DNA of 64,000 bases, taken from positions 186,001 through 250,000 of IMG/VR virus record IMGVR_UViG_3300017917_002374; one strand, written 5' to 3'. A model generated the notes under the pieces. It was not told where the DNA came from. It saw only the letters and a list, made by a program, of their open reading frames with translations, and did not search any database. The position numbers and the translations under genes are program-made. Positions 1-7,809 of this stretch are shown one piece after another; position 1 is the stretch's first letter; every line of letters begins with the position of its first letter.

Positions 1-1
1 T

Positions 2-109
2 GATACTAAATTATATCAGGTATGTGATAATCCAATAGACGACAGTTGTTGGCAACGTATAATTTATCAAGGTAATAAAGAACTATTGACACAATGGTCT
101 CAAAAATAA
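2..109 (+). CDS. 3' end of an upstream gene running in from outside the window (…DTKLYQVCDNPIDDSCWQRIIYQGNKELLTQWSQK*)
   Basis: Frame starting at base 2 is open to TAA at 107-109 and overlaps the desaturase ATG (94) by 16 nt. Product cannot be identified from this fragment. Confidence 0.5.
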   Translation, partial: DTKLYQVCDNPIDDSCWQRIIYQGNKELLTQWSQK

Positions 110-882
110 TAAAACAAATATTCCACTGGACCCCTACCTGGGGTGCCTGGCTACCTGTGCAGTTTTTTGGTATATTGGCTATCTATAATATTTTGACTGG
201 TTCTACTTCGCCTTATTGGTGGATCTATACAATTATAGGATACTTTTTGTTTTCGGTTATAGGTATATCAATAGGATACCATAGATATCTAAGTCATAAA
301 AGTTTTAAAACAAGAAAAATTTACCAAAGAATCATGCTCTGGTGCGGCGTAATGGCTGCACAAGGCACTCCTATTTTTTGGGCTATCATACATCGAGGGT
401 ATCATCATAAGCACACCGATACAGATCTAGATCCTCATAGTCCAAGACATGGATTTTGGCATTCGTACCTTGGATGGTTATTTAAAATTAGACCTGTTAT
501 GAATACCAAATATGTATTAGATCTAATGAAAAATCAGGACGTATTTTTTGCCCATAAAAATTATTTTACTATATTGTGGATATCAAATATTTTGTTATTG
601 ACTATTAACGTAGATCTTTGGTTATATGGTGTGATGTTGCCTTGTTTTTTATCTTTCCATGCTTATGCTACCAACACTAGTATAAATCATTGCAAGGCAT
701 TAGGTTATCAGCGATATAAATTAAACAACGATAGTACTAATGTAATAGTACTTTGGCCTTTATTATTTGGTGATGCGTGGCACAATAATCACCATAATAG
801 AGCCGCTGATCCAAATTTTGGAAAAAGCACTTGGGAATTAGATCCTGCTTTTTGGATTATTAAGTTGATTCGTTCTGATTAA
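94..882 (+). CDS. Membrane-bound fatty acid desaturase (delta-9/DesC-like family)
   Basis: Three His boxes HRYLSH, HRGYHH and HNNHH; DPHSP motif; hydrophobic segments. Confidence 0.93.
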   Translation: MVSKIIKQIFHWTPTWGAWLPVQFFGILAIYNILTGSTSPYWWIYTIIGYFLFSVIGISIGYHRYLSHKSFKTRKIYQRIMLWCGVMAAQGTPIFWAIIHRGYHHKHTDTDLDPHSPRHGFWHSYLGWLFKIRPVMNTKYVLDLMKNQDVFFAHKNYFTILWISNILLLTINVDLWLYGVMLPCFLSFHAYATNTSINHCKALGYQRYKLNNDSTNVIVLWPLLFGDAWHNNHHNRAADPNFGKSTWELDPAFWIIKLIRSD

Positions 883-1120
883 GAATTTTTTCAAGTGCGT
901 CATGAAGACTTTGCAAAGTTTTTATTTCTGCGATTTCAGGGTACTCGTCAAGATTTATATCTATACCAAACTCTTCGTCACAGGCAATCAATAGCTCAGT
1001 TAGACTAAGACTATCAAGTCCTAAATCTTTTTTAAACTGTAAATTAAGATTGATATCAGTAACTTTCTTTTTATTAAAATGCTCACGTACAATTTTTAAC
1101 AAACGTTCTTCAATATTCAT
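860..1120 (-). CDS. Acyl carrier protein
   Basis: 86 aa, acidic, with DLGLDSLSLTELL phosphopantetheine-Ser motif and EEFGIDI; GGAG RBS and TAAATA motif upstream. Confidence 0.92.
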   Translation of the reverse strand: MNIEERLLKIVREHFNKKKVTDINLNLQFKKDLGLDSLSLTELLIACDEEFGIDINLDEYPEIAEIKTLQSLHDALEKILNQNEST

Positions 1121-1139
1121 AGAATGTGCGCTCCGTATA

Positions 1140-1145
1140 TATTTA
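1140..1145 (-). promoter_or_regulatory. Late promoter motif TAAATA (ACP gene)
   Basis: tattta on + strand, 20 nt upstream of the ACP ATG, followed by GGAG. Confidence 0.55.
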
Positions 1146-1163
1146 CACAGTACAGGCCATGTT

Positions 1164-1171
1164 TATAAATA
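1164..1171 (+). promoter_or_regulatory. T4-type late promoter TATAAATA (desaturase 2 / acpS)
   Basis: Exact T4 late consensus 5 nt before the in-frame ATG at 1177. Confidence 0.65.
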
Positions 1172-1176
1172 TTTTT

Positions 1177-1959
1177 ATGACCTTTGCTAATCAATATAGA
1201 CTTTTTTATTTTATCATACTTTTGTCTGTCCCATTAAGTGTATTTGTAGCTATTCAAACATCTATTTGGTATTTGATAGGCAGTTATCTGTGGATGCGTA
1301 TCACAAGTTTTTTATTTGTTCAAATAGGTATGCACAGATACTTTGCTCACAATGGGTTTACTACCGATAAAAAGCGTCATATTTTTTTAACTTTAGGCAG
1401 TATTCTCACTGGTAATGGCAGTCCATTAACTTGGAGTACTCACCATTTACATCATCATAGACATAGCGATACCAATCTTGATTTACATAGTCCTGTAAAC
1501 GGTATCATTAATACTACATTTTTATGGCCTATAAGAGATGTTAGTTATTTTGAAAACGGAAAACAAATAGGAATTACGCCAAAAAGACTTGTTAAAGATA
1601 AATTACTAATGTTTATTCATCAACACTATTTCAAAATATGGATCTTCATTATTCTACTAAGTGGGTTTATTGACTGGAAAATTACTTTGTTCTTATTTTT
1701 AGCTCCTGCAGGATGGAGTGTACTACACGGAAACATAATTACCAACTTTATAAGTCACTGGAAGCTGCCAGGGTCTTATAGAAATTTTGATACTAACGAT
1801 AACAGTTACAATAACAAATGGATTCAGCTACTACAATTTGGCGAAGGTTTACACAATAATCATCACCATAACATGCGTGATTATAATCAAGCTGTACGAA
1901 AAGACGAATTTGATTTGGCCGCTTGGACTATTGATAAATTTTTTAAGGTCACTAAATGA
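1177..1959 (+). CDS. Second membrane-bound fatty acid desaturase (delta-9/DesC-like)
   Basis: His boxes HRYFAH, HLHHH and HNNHH; DLHSP; FDTNDNSYNN. Start placed at ATG 1177 (after the late promoter) rather than the track's GTG 1126. Confidence 0.92.
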   Translation: MTFANQYRLFYFIILLSVPLSVFVAIQTSIWYLIGSYLWMRITSFLFVQIGMHRYFAHNGFTTDKKRHIFLTLGSILTGNGSPLTWSTHHLHHHRHSDTNLDLHSPVNGIINTTFLWPIRDVSYFENGKQIGITPKRLVKDKLLMFIHQHYFKIWIFIILLSGFIDWKITLFLFLAPAGWSVLHGNIITNFISHWKLPGSYRNFDTNDNSYNNKWIQLLQFGEGLHNNHHHNMRDYNQAVRKDEFDLAAWTIDKFFKVTK

Positions 1960-2315
1960 TTATTGGCACAGGAATTGATTTGGTAACTATTTCAAGATTT
2001 AGAGAAATGCCTCGCAAAGAAAAATTAGCAGAAAAAATTCTTACAGAAATAGAATATAATGAATATACCAATTCTGACGATCAAGGATTATATCTAGCTA
2101 GAGCTTGGGCGGTTAAGGAAGCAGTGGCAAAAAGTTTTGGAACTGGTATCGCAGATGATGTGGTGTGGAAGAATATGCAACTGAGTAAAAATAAAAATGG
2201 TCAACCATTATTGCAATTAAAGAAGCCATTGATTCGTGAAGGCATACAATGTCATATCAGTATCAGTCACGATGGCGATAGTCTAATCGCCACCGCTGTT
2301 TTATCTACTTACTGA
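1956..2315 (+). CDS. acpS: Holo-ACP synthase (4'-phosphopantetheinyl transferase, AcpS type)
   Basis: IIGTGIDLV, ARAWAVKEAVAKSFGTGI and ISISHD motifs; 119 aa; ATGA overlap with desaturase 2. Confidence 0.95.
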   Translation: MIIGTGIDLVTISRFREMPRKEKLAEKILTEIEYNEYTNSDDQGLYLARAWAVKEAVAKSFGTGIADDVVWKNMQLSKNKNGQPLLQLKKPLIREGIQCHISISHDGDSLIATAVLSTY

Positions 2316-4235
2316 CACCACCGACATAACCAATTCTTCGTTGTCAGTATCTTTATTAACTAGGAGTCTGCCAATTACGTTAAATGCGTTGCACTCATCT
2401 ATGTGAGCTACTCTTGCACACCCGTTACCAGCAGATACTAGACGATCGCCTTTTGTTCCTTTACCAATAACTCTAACAGGAACTCTTCCTGTCATAGCAA
2501 TAGCAGGATGTGTATTGTCTTCGCCTGCGGCTTGATTCATAAGATAAGCGTAATTTTTACTCACTACACCTAGCACTTGTGTACTTGACTGTTCAAGTTC
2601 TTGTGTTACTTCTTGATCGCCACCAATACGAACCACAGTGCCTTCTACATATTCTGCATCAGCAGCAAATCGTTCTGCCAAGTCAGCATATGTGGCTTGC
2701 CATTTAGATCCAGCAGTTAGAGTCCAGGTTCCTTCAACTGATCCAGATGTTCCAACTGCTCCTGTGGTTAGTAGAGGAGTCTTCACGCTGGTATTCATGT
2801 CCACAGTGCGACCAAAAAAATCTCTAAATCTGAAACTTGAAGAACCCCAGTCATATGACAAAGTAGTGTCAGGTAACAAAGTGCCTTGCATGCTTCTAGT
2901 ACCATCACGTAACACAGCTGACGTTCCAAGACTGCTTAGACCATTTTGTAATGCTCTCACGTTTGAATACATACTAGCAGTTGCTGCCGGTGCGATACCA
3001 GTAGCACTGAGCACATTGCTATGTATTGCTGCAACGTTTGACCAAAGAGCCACAATGTTTGCTGCAATAGTTTGACTCGCTCCGCCGGAACCAGATGGTC
3101 CAGTGATTTGTGTCCATGGTGTAGTATTAGCAAATCCTGATAAAGGTCCTCCAACTATACCTAGTTCACTTTGAATCACACGAACATTACTGTAGACCAA
3201 GGCTGTATTTGCACTAAGTGTGTTGATAGTTGTGTTTAAGGTATTAACGTTGGCTGCAATAAATCCTTTGATCGCAGTATCGTTGGTATCAACATATCCT
3301 TTGGTTGCAATACCCAACACTGCTGTAGGATCTGCACTGACACTGACCAAGCCAGTGGTACGGTCAATGGTAATTGCATTGATGCTCAATCCACCTGCAT
3401 TGTCTGGCTTGGTTTTAATGATCAAACCATTACCACGTAACAAACTGGCTAAGTTTACGTTGTTTCCTGCTACGTTAATTTCAAAATAATCAACTGTACC
3501 AGCAGTTTCCTGTATGATCAAACCGTCTGGGTTTTGAATTTCCAACTGAGCTTCAATAACCGGGGTGGTTTTGGTCAAGTAACTGCTGGCAATAATACCA
3601 CCTAGATAGGCTGCATTGTTTGCATTCTCATTAAAGGTTAGTGCAGGAATTCTATCTGTTGCCAAATTAAAGCCAGGCTTAACTGTGGCAAACCCAGGCA
3701 GTGTGGAGTTTGGAGTAAACACTGCATCTTTGCTTAAAATTCCTAGCAGTTGGTTTTGCACAAAAAACTTAACCACCACGTGACTGATCAAACTGGTGTC
3801 TACAATGGTGTCAGCAATAGCGCCTGATGTGCCTGTAGTAGCTGTAAAGCTGGGTCCAATGATAATCCAGCTGGCGCCAGAATATACTTTTAACTGTTGA
3901 TTAACTGTATCAAACCAAAGGTCTCCTGCAATAGCATTTGATGGTGCATCACTGGAGCTCTGAGCACCGCTGATGGTTTTCCAGGTGCCAAACCTGTCAT
4001 ACACTTGCAGCAGTCTGGTGTCACTTTTCCACCAAAGCTGACCCACAAGAGGATTGCTTGGAGCACTTGAATTGGCAAAATTTTCAAGTAATCTTATGAA
4101 ATTTTCGTTTAGGAACGTGCCGTACCCAGCGTAGTTTTTACCAATCAGCGTCAAACTACTGGCCGTGCTATTGGTTTGCCCGTCTGCCACTGTGGCTAAG
4201 GGTGTTCCATCCGTTTTGATAATATTATAACTCAT
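2301..4235 (-). CDS. Baseplate-attached tail fibre/spike protein with C-terminal chaperone-like (Peptidase_G2/IMC-like) domain
   Basis: N-terminus paralogous to the neighbouring 911-aa fibre; GDLWFDT repeats; ATKGYVD coiled segment; C-terminal ADLAERF…TGRVPVRVIG domain. Confidence 0.7.
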   Translation of the reverse strand: MSYNIIKTDGTPLATVADGQTNSTASSLTLIGKNYAGYGTFLNENFIRLLENFANSSAPSNPLVGQLWWKSDTRLLQVYDRFGTWKTISGAQSSSDAPSNAIAGDLWFDTVNQQLKVYSGASWIIIGPSFTATTGTSGAIADTIVDTSLISHVVVKFFVQNQLLGILSKDAVFTPNSTLPGFATVKPGFNLATDRIPALTFNENANNAAYLGGIIASSYLTKTTPVIEAQLEIQNPDGLIIQETAGTVDYFEINVAGNNVNLASLLRGNGLIIKTKPDNAGGLSINAITIDRTTGLVSVSADPTAVLGIATKGYVDTNDTAIKGFIAANVNTLNTTINTLSANTALVYSNVRVIQSELGIVGGPLSGFANTTPWTQITGPSGSGGASQTIAANIVALWSNVAAIHSNVLSATGIAPAATASMYSNVRALQNGLSSLGTSAVLRDGTRSMQGTLLPDTTLSYDWGSSSFRFRDFFGRTVDMNTSVKTPLLTTGAVGTSGSVEGTWTLTAGSKWQATYADLAERFAADAEYVEGTVVRIGGDQEVTQELEQSSTQVLGVVSKNYAYLMNQAAGEDNTHPAIAMTGRVPVRVIGKGTKGDRLVSAGNGCARVAHIDECNAFNVIGRLLVNKDTDNEELVMSVVSVSR

Positions 4236-4258
4236 TCCTAAAACTCCAATTTATCTAG

Positions 4259-4265
4259 TATTTAT
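4259..4265 (-). promoter_or_regulatory. Late promoter ATAAATA
   Basis: tatttat on + strand upstream of the 644-aa gene. Confidence 0.6.
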
Positions 4266-4269
4266 TGTA

Positions 4270-7005
4270 TCAAATAACCTTCATTATGTAGCAAAGTGCA
4301 TAATAAGGAGGCACAGTGCTTACTACCACGCTATGGTTGTGTGCTCCGTCTGAGCCAATAGTGTGTGTATGTCCCTGACTACCACCAGTATTTGCCACGG
4401 TTAATGTTGTGGTCCCAGTACTTTGCGATGACTTATGCACTGCGAATCCAGAACCGGTGTTGGTTAACACTGTAGCACTACCTGAATGGGTATGACTTGG
4501 CATCTGATCAATTGTCAGTGCTGTGCTTCCGGTCGCACCTGAGTGAGTGTGAGAACCATTGCTTGCAGTGGTTGCAGTGTTGGCAGTTGCACCACCAGTA
4601 GCACCTGGATTGTAAGTGCTGCCTGCACCAACAATGAATCTATTTCTTAAATCAGGTGTACTGTTGGTTCCATCACAAATTTGCCATCCAAAAGGAACAG
4701 TAGCAGCAGATCCACTCCACATGATAATCATACCTGCTGGTAATAATCTATGTACAAAGGCTGTGGTTGCTAGCTGTGTGGTATTGGCAGAAATATTAGC
4801 AGTTGGTGCAGCAGGAACATTAGTAAACGTTGGACTGCTTAACTGAGCATAAGTGGCTAGATTAATATTAGCGATTGTGCCATTAACCCATGCTGTACTT
4901 GCGATTTGTCCTGAGTTTGTTCCAGGCGCTGCATTAGGAACCACTGGTGTCCCAGTGAACGTTGGACTTGCAATACTAGCTCTTAATGCAATTTGTGTAT
5001 TAGCCGCAGACAGATTTGCCACCAAACTAGCATTCAAAGAATTGTTTTCCCCAACAACAAACGCAGTGGTAGCAATTTGTGTAGTGCTAGTTCCAGCAGA
5101 CGCAGTTGGCGCAGTTGGGGTACCAGTTAGTGCAGGACTTGATAGATCTGCTTTTAACAGTAACGATGAACTTACATCTGCAGATAGAGTGTTAATTGCG
5201 CCGGTTACAAACGCAGTGGTAGCAATTTGTGTAGTGCTAGTTCCAGCAGACGCAGTTGGCGCAGTTGGTATGCCTGTAAATGCAGGATCGTTAGTGTTTG
5301 ACTTTAATGCTAATGCGAGCTGTTGACTTGCTGCATTAGCTTGCCATGCGTTGTTTGTGGATGCAATTAAATTTTGAACAAATGCTGTAGTGGCAATTTG
5401 TGTGGTATCAGTTGAACTATCAGGTGTTGGAGCAGTTGGAGCGCCTGTGAATGCTGGATTATTAATAGTTGCACGTAACCCAACTGTTGTGGTCAGTGTT
5501 GCTAGATTACTGTAAACATCGTCAATAATATTGCTAACATTTCCAAAGTCTTGACGAGACACAGGTGCAGAGTTGATTAGTGCTGCAACATTACTTGCGA
5601 TAAATCCAACTAGTGTATCTTTTGTAGAATCTACATATTGTTTTGTGGATACTCCAAGATTAGCAGTAGGATCTGCACGAACTGTTAGCAATCCGTCACT
5701 GCCATCAATATTTAAAACTGTAGTAGTTGATCCCACCAAAGGAACATTACTAACAAAACTGATGTTTGCTCCACTCACAATGTTTCTAATTGTCAGATTG
5801 CCAAGATTTTGCAATAGTTGTATGTTGCCGCCAACTGCAAGATTACCTTCAACATCAACATTATTCAAGAATCGTGAATAACTGTCTAATTGAGCATACA
5901 AATCAGCAGATTTGTTAGCCAGTTTCTGTGCATTTGTAGCAGTTCCGTTGTACAGAGCGACGGTGGTACTGCCTCTTTGGAAAGTTACATCCTCGTTGAC
6001 ATACACTGTGGTAGTTGTATTAACTGTTACTGCATTGTTAGGATACAGAGCAGAGACTATTGCACCTGCACCAATTGACACATTTGCAGATGTGTATCTG
6101 TCTCCTACTAGCAAGTCTTGATTTGAGACCAACTGAATCAAAGTTTCTCCAGCAGACCCAACTGAGTAAGTTTGTACTGTCTTGACTATTTGTGTTGACG
6201 ACGATGATCTTAGTTGCAGACCGGGTTTGATTGTTGAAAACCCAGGTATTGCTGACCCAATTGCAGGAGTGTATTCTAAATCATTGCTTGCAGTACCAAC
6301 AATTGATCCATCTACATATATTAAACCAACTGTATGACTTGTGGCATTGGTGTCTGTGATTGTGCTAGGTATGATTCCGTTGACTTTTTGCCCGCGAGTA
6401 TATGCAGGTCCGACTGTGTACCAGCCGCTGCCTCGAGTAAAATTTATAGCATCATTTAATGTTAAGTTTGCATTTGCACTCAAACGAATTTGTGTTGGAT
6501 TTAAAACTTGACTGATTCTTACATCATTGAGAAGACTAATATTAGCATGCGTAACTACATCGTCAGTTAATAAACTAGTGGTGCTAGTAATTGTGGCAAT
6601 ATTTCCAGTGCTGTTAGCTGTTACATTTCTTTGAAATACAGTTTCCCCAGTCCAAATTTTTAGTTGGTAGGTGTTGTTGTCAAACCAAAAATCACCAATT
6701 TTTCTGCCTGCGGATCCAGGTTCTGATTCGCTACTGGTAATTGAGCTAATTACTTTCCAGGCACTACCTTCCCATAGGCTTAAATTTTTTGTTGTAGTAC
6801 TAAACCAAAGTTGTCCATCAAGTGGTGTGATTGGAGCATTGGTACTGGCAAAGTTTTCCATGAGAGCAACAAAGTTGTCATTTAGAAAAACACCATAACC
6901 TGAATAGTTTCTACCGACCAGCGTAACTCCGTAGTCAGTGTTCTTTTCAGTATCTGGAACTGTTACAAGAGCATCGCCATTGGTTTTTGTTATAATATAA
7001 GCCAT
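4270..7005 (-). CDS. Tail fibre protein with collar domain and His-x-His tip
   Basis: Repeats P(T/A)FTGxPTAPT…TTQIATTAFV; collar domain PAGMIIMWSG…GWQICDG…PDLRNRFIVGAG…PPYYALCYIMK; HTH/HNH metal-binding motifs. Confidence 0.85.
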   Translation of the reverse strand: MAYIITKTNGDALVTVPDTEKNTDYGVTLVGRNYSGYGVFLNDNFVALMENFASTNAPITPLDGQLWFSTTTKNLSLWEGSAWKVISSITSSESEPGSAGRKIGDFWFDNNTYQLKIWTGETVFQRNVTANSTGNIATITSTTSLLTDDVVTHANISLLNDVRISQVLNPTQIRLSANANLTLNDAINFTRGSGWYTVGPAYTRGQKVNGIIPSTITDTNATSHTVGLIYVDGSIVGTASNDLEYTPAIGSAIPGFSTIKPGLQLRSSSSTQIVKTVQTYSVGSAGETLIQLVSNQDLLVGDRYTSANVSIGAGAIVSALYPNNAVTVNTTTTVYVNEDVTFQRGSTTVALYNGTATNAQKLANKSADLYAQLDSYSRFLNNVDVEGNLAVGGNIQLLQNLGNLTIRNIVSGANISFVSNVPLVGSTTTVLNIDGSDGLLTVRADPTANLGVSTKQYVDSTKDTLVGFIASNVAALINSAPVSRQDFGNVSNIIDDVYSNLATLTTTVGLRATINNPAFTGAPTAPTPDSSTDTTQIATTAFVQNLIASTNNAWQANAASQQLALALKSNTNDPAFTGIPTAPTASAGTSTTQIATTAFVTGAINTLSADVSSSLLLKADLSSPALTGTPTAPTASAGTSTTQIATTAFVVGENNSLNASLVANLSAANTQIALRASIASPTFTGTPVVPNAAPGTNSGQIASTAWVNGTIANINLATYAQLSSPTFTNVPAAPTANISANTTQLATTAFVHRLLPAGMIIMWSGSAATVPFGWQICDGTNSTPDLRNRFIVGAGSTYNPGATGGATANTATTASNGSHTHSGATGSTALTIDQMPSHTHSGSATVLTNTGSGFAVHKSSQSTGTTTLTVANTGGSQGHTHTIGSDGAHNHSVVVSTVPPYYALCYIMKVI
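5057..5268. repeat. 62-bp perfect direct repeat (5057-5118 and 5207-5268) inside the fibre gene
   Basis: acaaacgcagtggtagcaatttgtgtagtgctagttccagcagacgcagttggcgcagttgg occurs twice, 150 bp apart. Confidence 0.9.
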
Positions 7006-7011
7006 TTTTTA

Positions 7012-7626
7012 TTATCCTATTGCACTCAAATTGGTCAGCGTCTGAATACGCACAGTGTAATCAATTTGAATCAGCCTGTTTAAACTTTTTTGTACAGGGT
7101 GAAAAATCACGTGTGTTAATAACTTCCCTGTACCTGAAGTTTCGTCAAGACTTCTAGCCTTAATTCCTAGTTCATCAAAAGTGAACGTGTCATTTAATGT
7201 AGTACTGTTGTCAAACACACTTTGGGTAGCAGGCTCGCCGTAATCTAGCAAGCAGCTGATAATTATGTCGCTGTATGGATTACCTGGAACATGACGCACC
7301 TGCATCTTGTTATTGGTTGGATCTGCGTTATCGTTGTCAGTATCGTCAATGATCTTGTAATAGGTTGGGTTGTACAGAGTTGCGTTCACACTAGTGGTAT
7401 TTGGAATTAGATATGTGATAACTCCGGTGCTGTCTACCGCACTACCTCCGTTACCAAAATGCATTTCGTACATGTATTGTGCATCTCTGTGACTGAGAGC
7501 AAATGCAATAGCTTCACTCATGTTTTCATAGTGAATAGCGTTTTTCTTGTCCACAAAAACTTCGCCGCTGTGCGGATCAAAAATCTTTACAAAACCTTCA
7601 ATTTTGATTAAACCTTGTGTTATCAT
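7012..7626 (-). CDS. Conserved virion structural protein (baseplate/tail region)
   Basis: 204-aa ORF between fibre and wedge genes, with FDELG…LLTHVIFHPVQKSLNRLIQIDYTVRI C-terminus; exact role not recognised. Confidence 0.6.
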   Translation of the reverse strand: MITQGLIKIEGFVKIFDPHSGEVFVDKKNAIHYENMSEAIAFALSHRDAQYMYEMHFGNGGSAVDSTGVITYLIPNTTSVNATLYNPTYYKIIDDTDNDNADPTNNKMQVRHVPGNPYSDIIISCLLDYGEPATQSVFDNSTTLNDTFTFDELGIKARSLDETSGTGKLLTHVIFHPVQKSLNRLIQIDYTVRIQTLTNLSAIG

Positions 7627-7769
7627 GTTCTAACCTCAACAAAAACTTGCTTGGTTTCAGGGTCGTATATTTTTACAACTCCAGAAATATCAAACCCACC
7701 TAGTTCATTTGGTTTTTGTGAGTGCTGAACCGGTTCCTGTGGCTGCGTATTTTCGGGTAATTTATTCAT
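7623..7769 (-). CDS. Small 48-aa protein missing from the ORF track (MNKLPENTQ…VVKIYDPETKQVFVEVRT)
   Basis: TAAATA (7775-7780) and AAGGA RBS upstream; ATGA overlap with the next gene; C-terminal half resembles the N-terminus of that gene. Confidence 0.75.
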   Translation of the reverse strand: MNKLPENTQPQEPVQHSQKPNELGGFDISGVVKIYDPETKQVFVEVRT

Positions 7770-7774
7770 ATCCT

Positions 7775-7780
7775 TATTTA
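7775..7780 (-). promoter_or_regulatory. Late promoter TAAATA
   Basis: tattta directly upstream of the RBS of the 48-aa ORF. Confidence 0.55.
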
Positions 7781-7809
7781 GCATAATAATGAATCCTGTA
7801 ATTAAGTGT

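Noticed and set aside
94-2315. Lipid genes as host chromosome flanking a prophage
   Set aside because: They overlap the fibre gene end, carry phage late-promoter motifs, and no integrase or att site is visible; a chimeric assembly cannot be fully excluded.
5057-5268. Repeat pair in a fibre gene as a diversity-generating retroelement TR/VR
   Set aside because: The copies are identical (no adenine-specific mismatches), both are in frame inside one gene, and no reverse transcriptase is present in the window.
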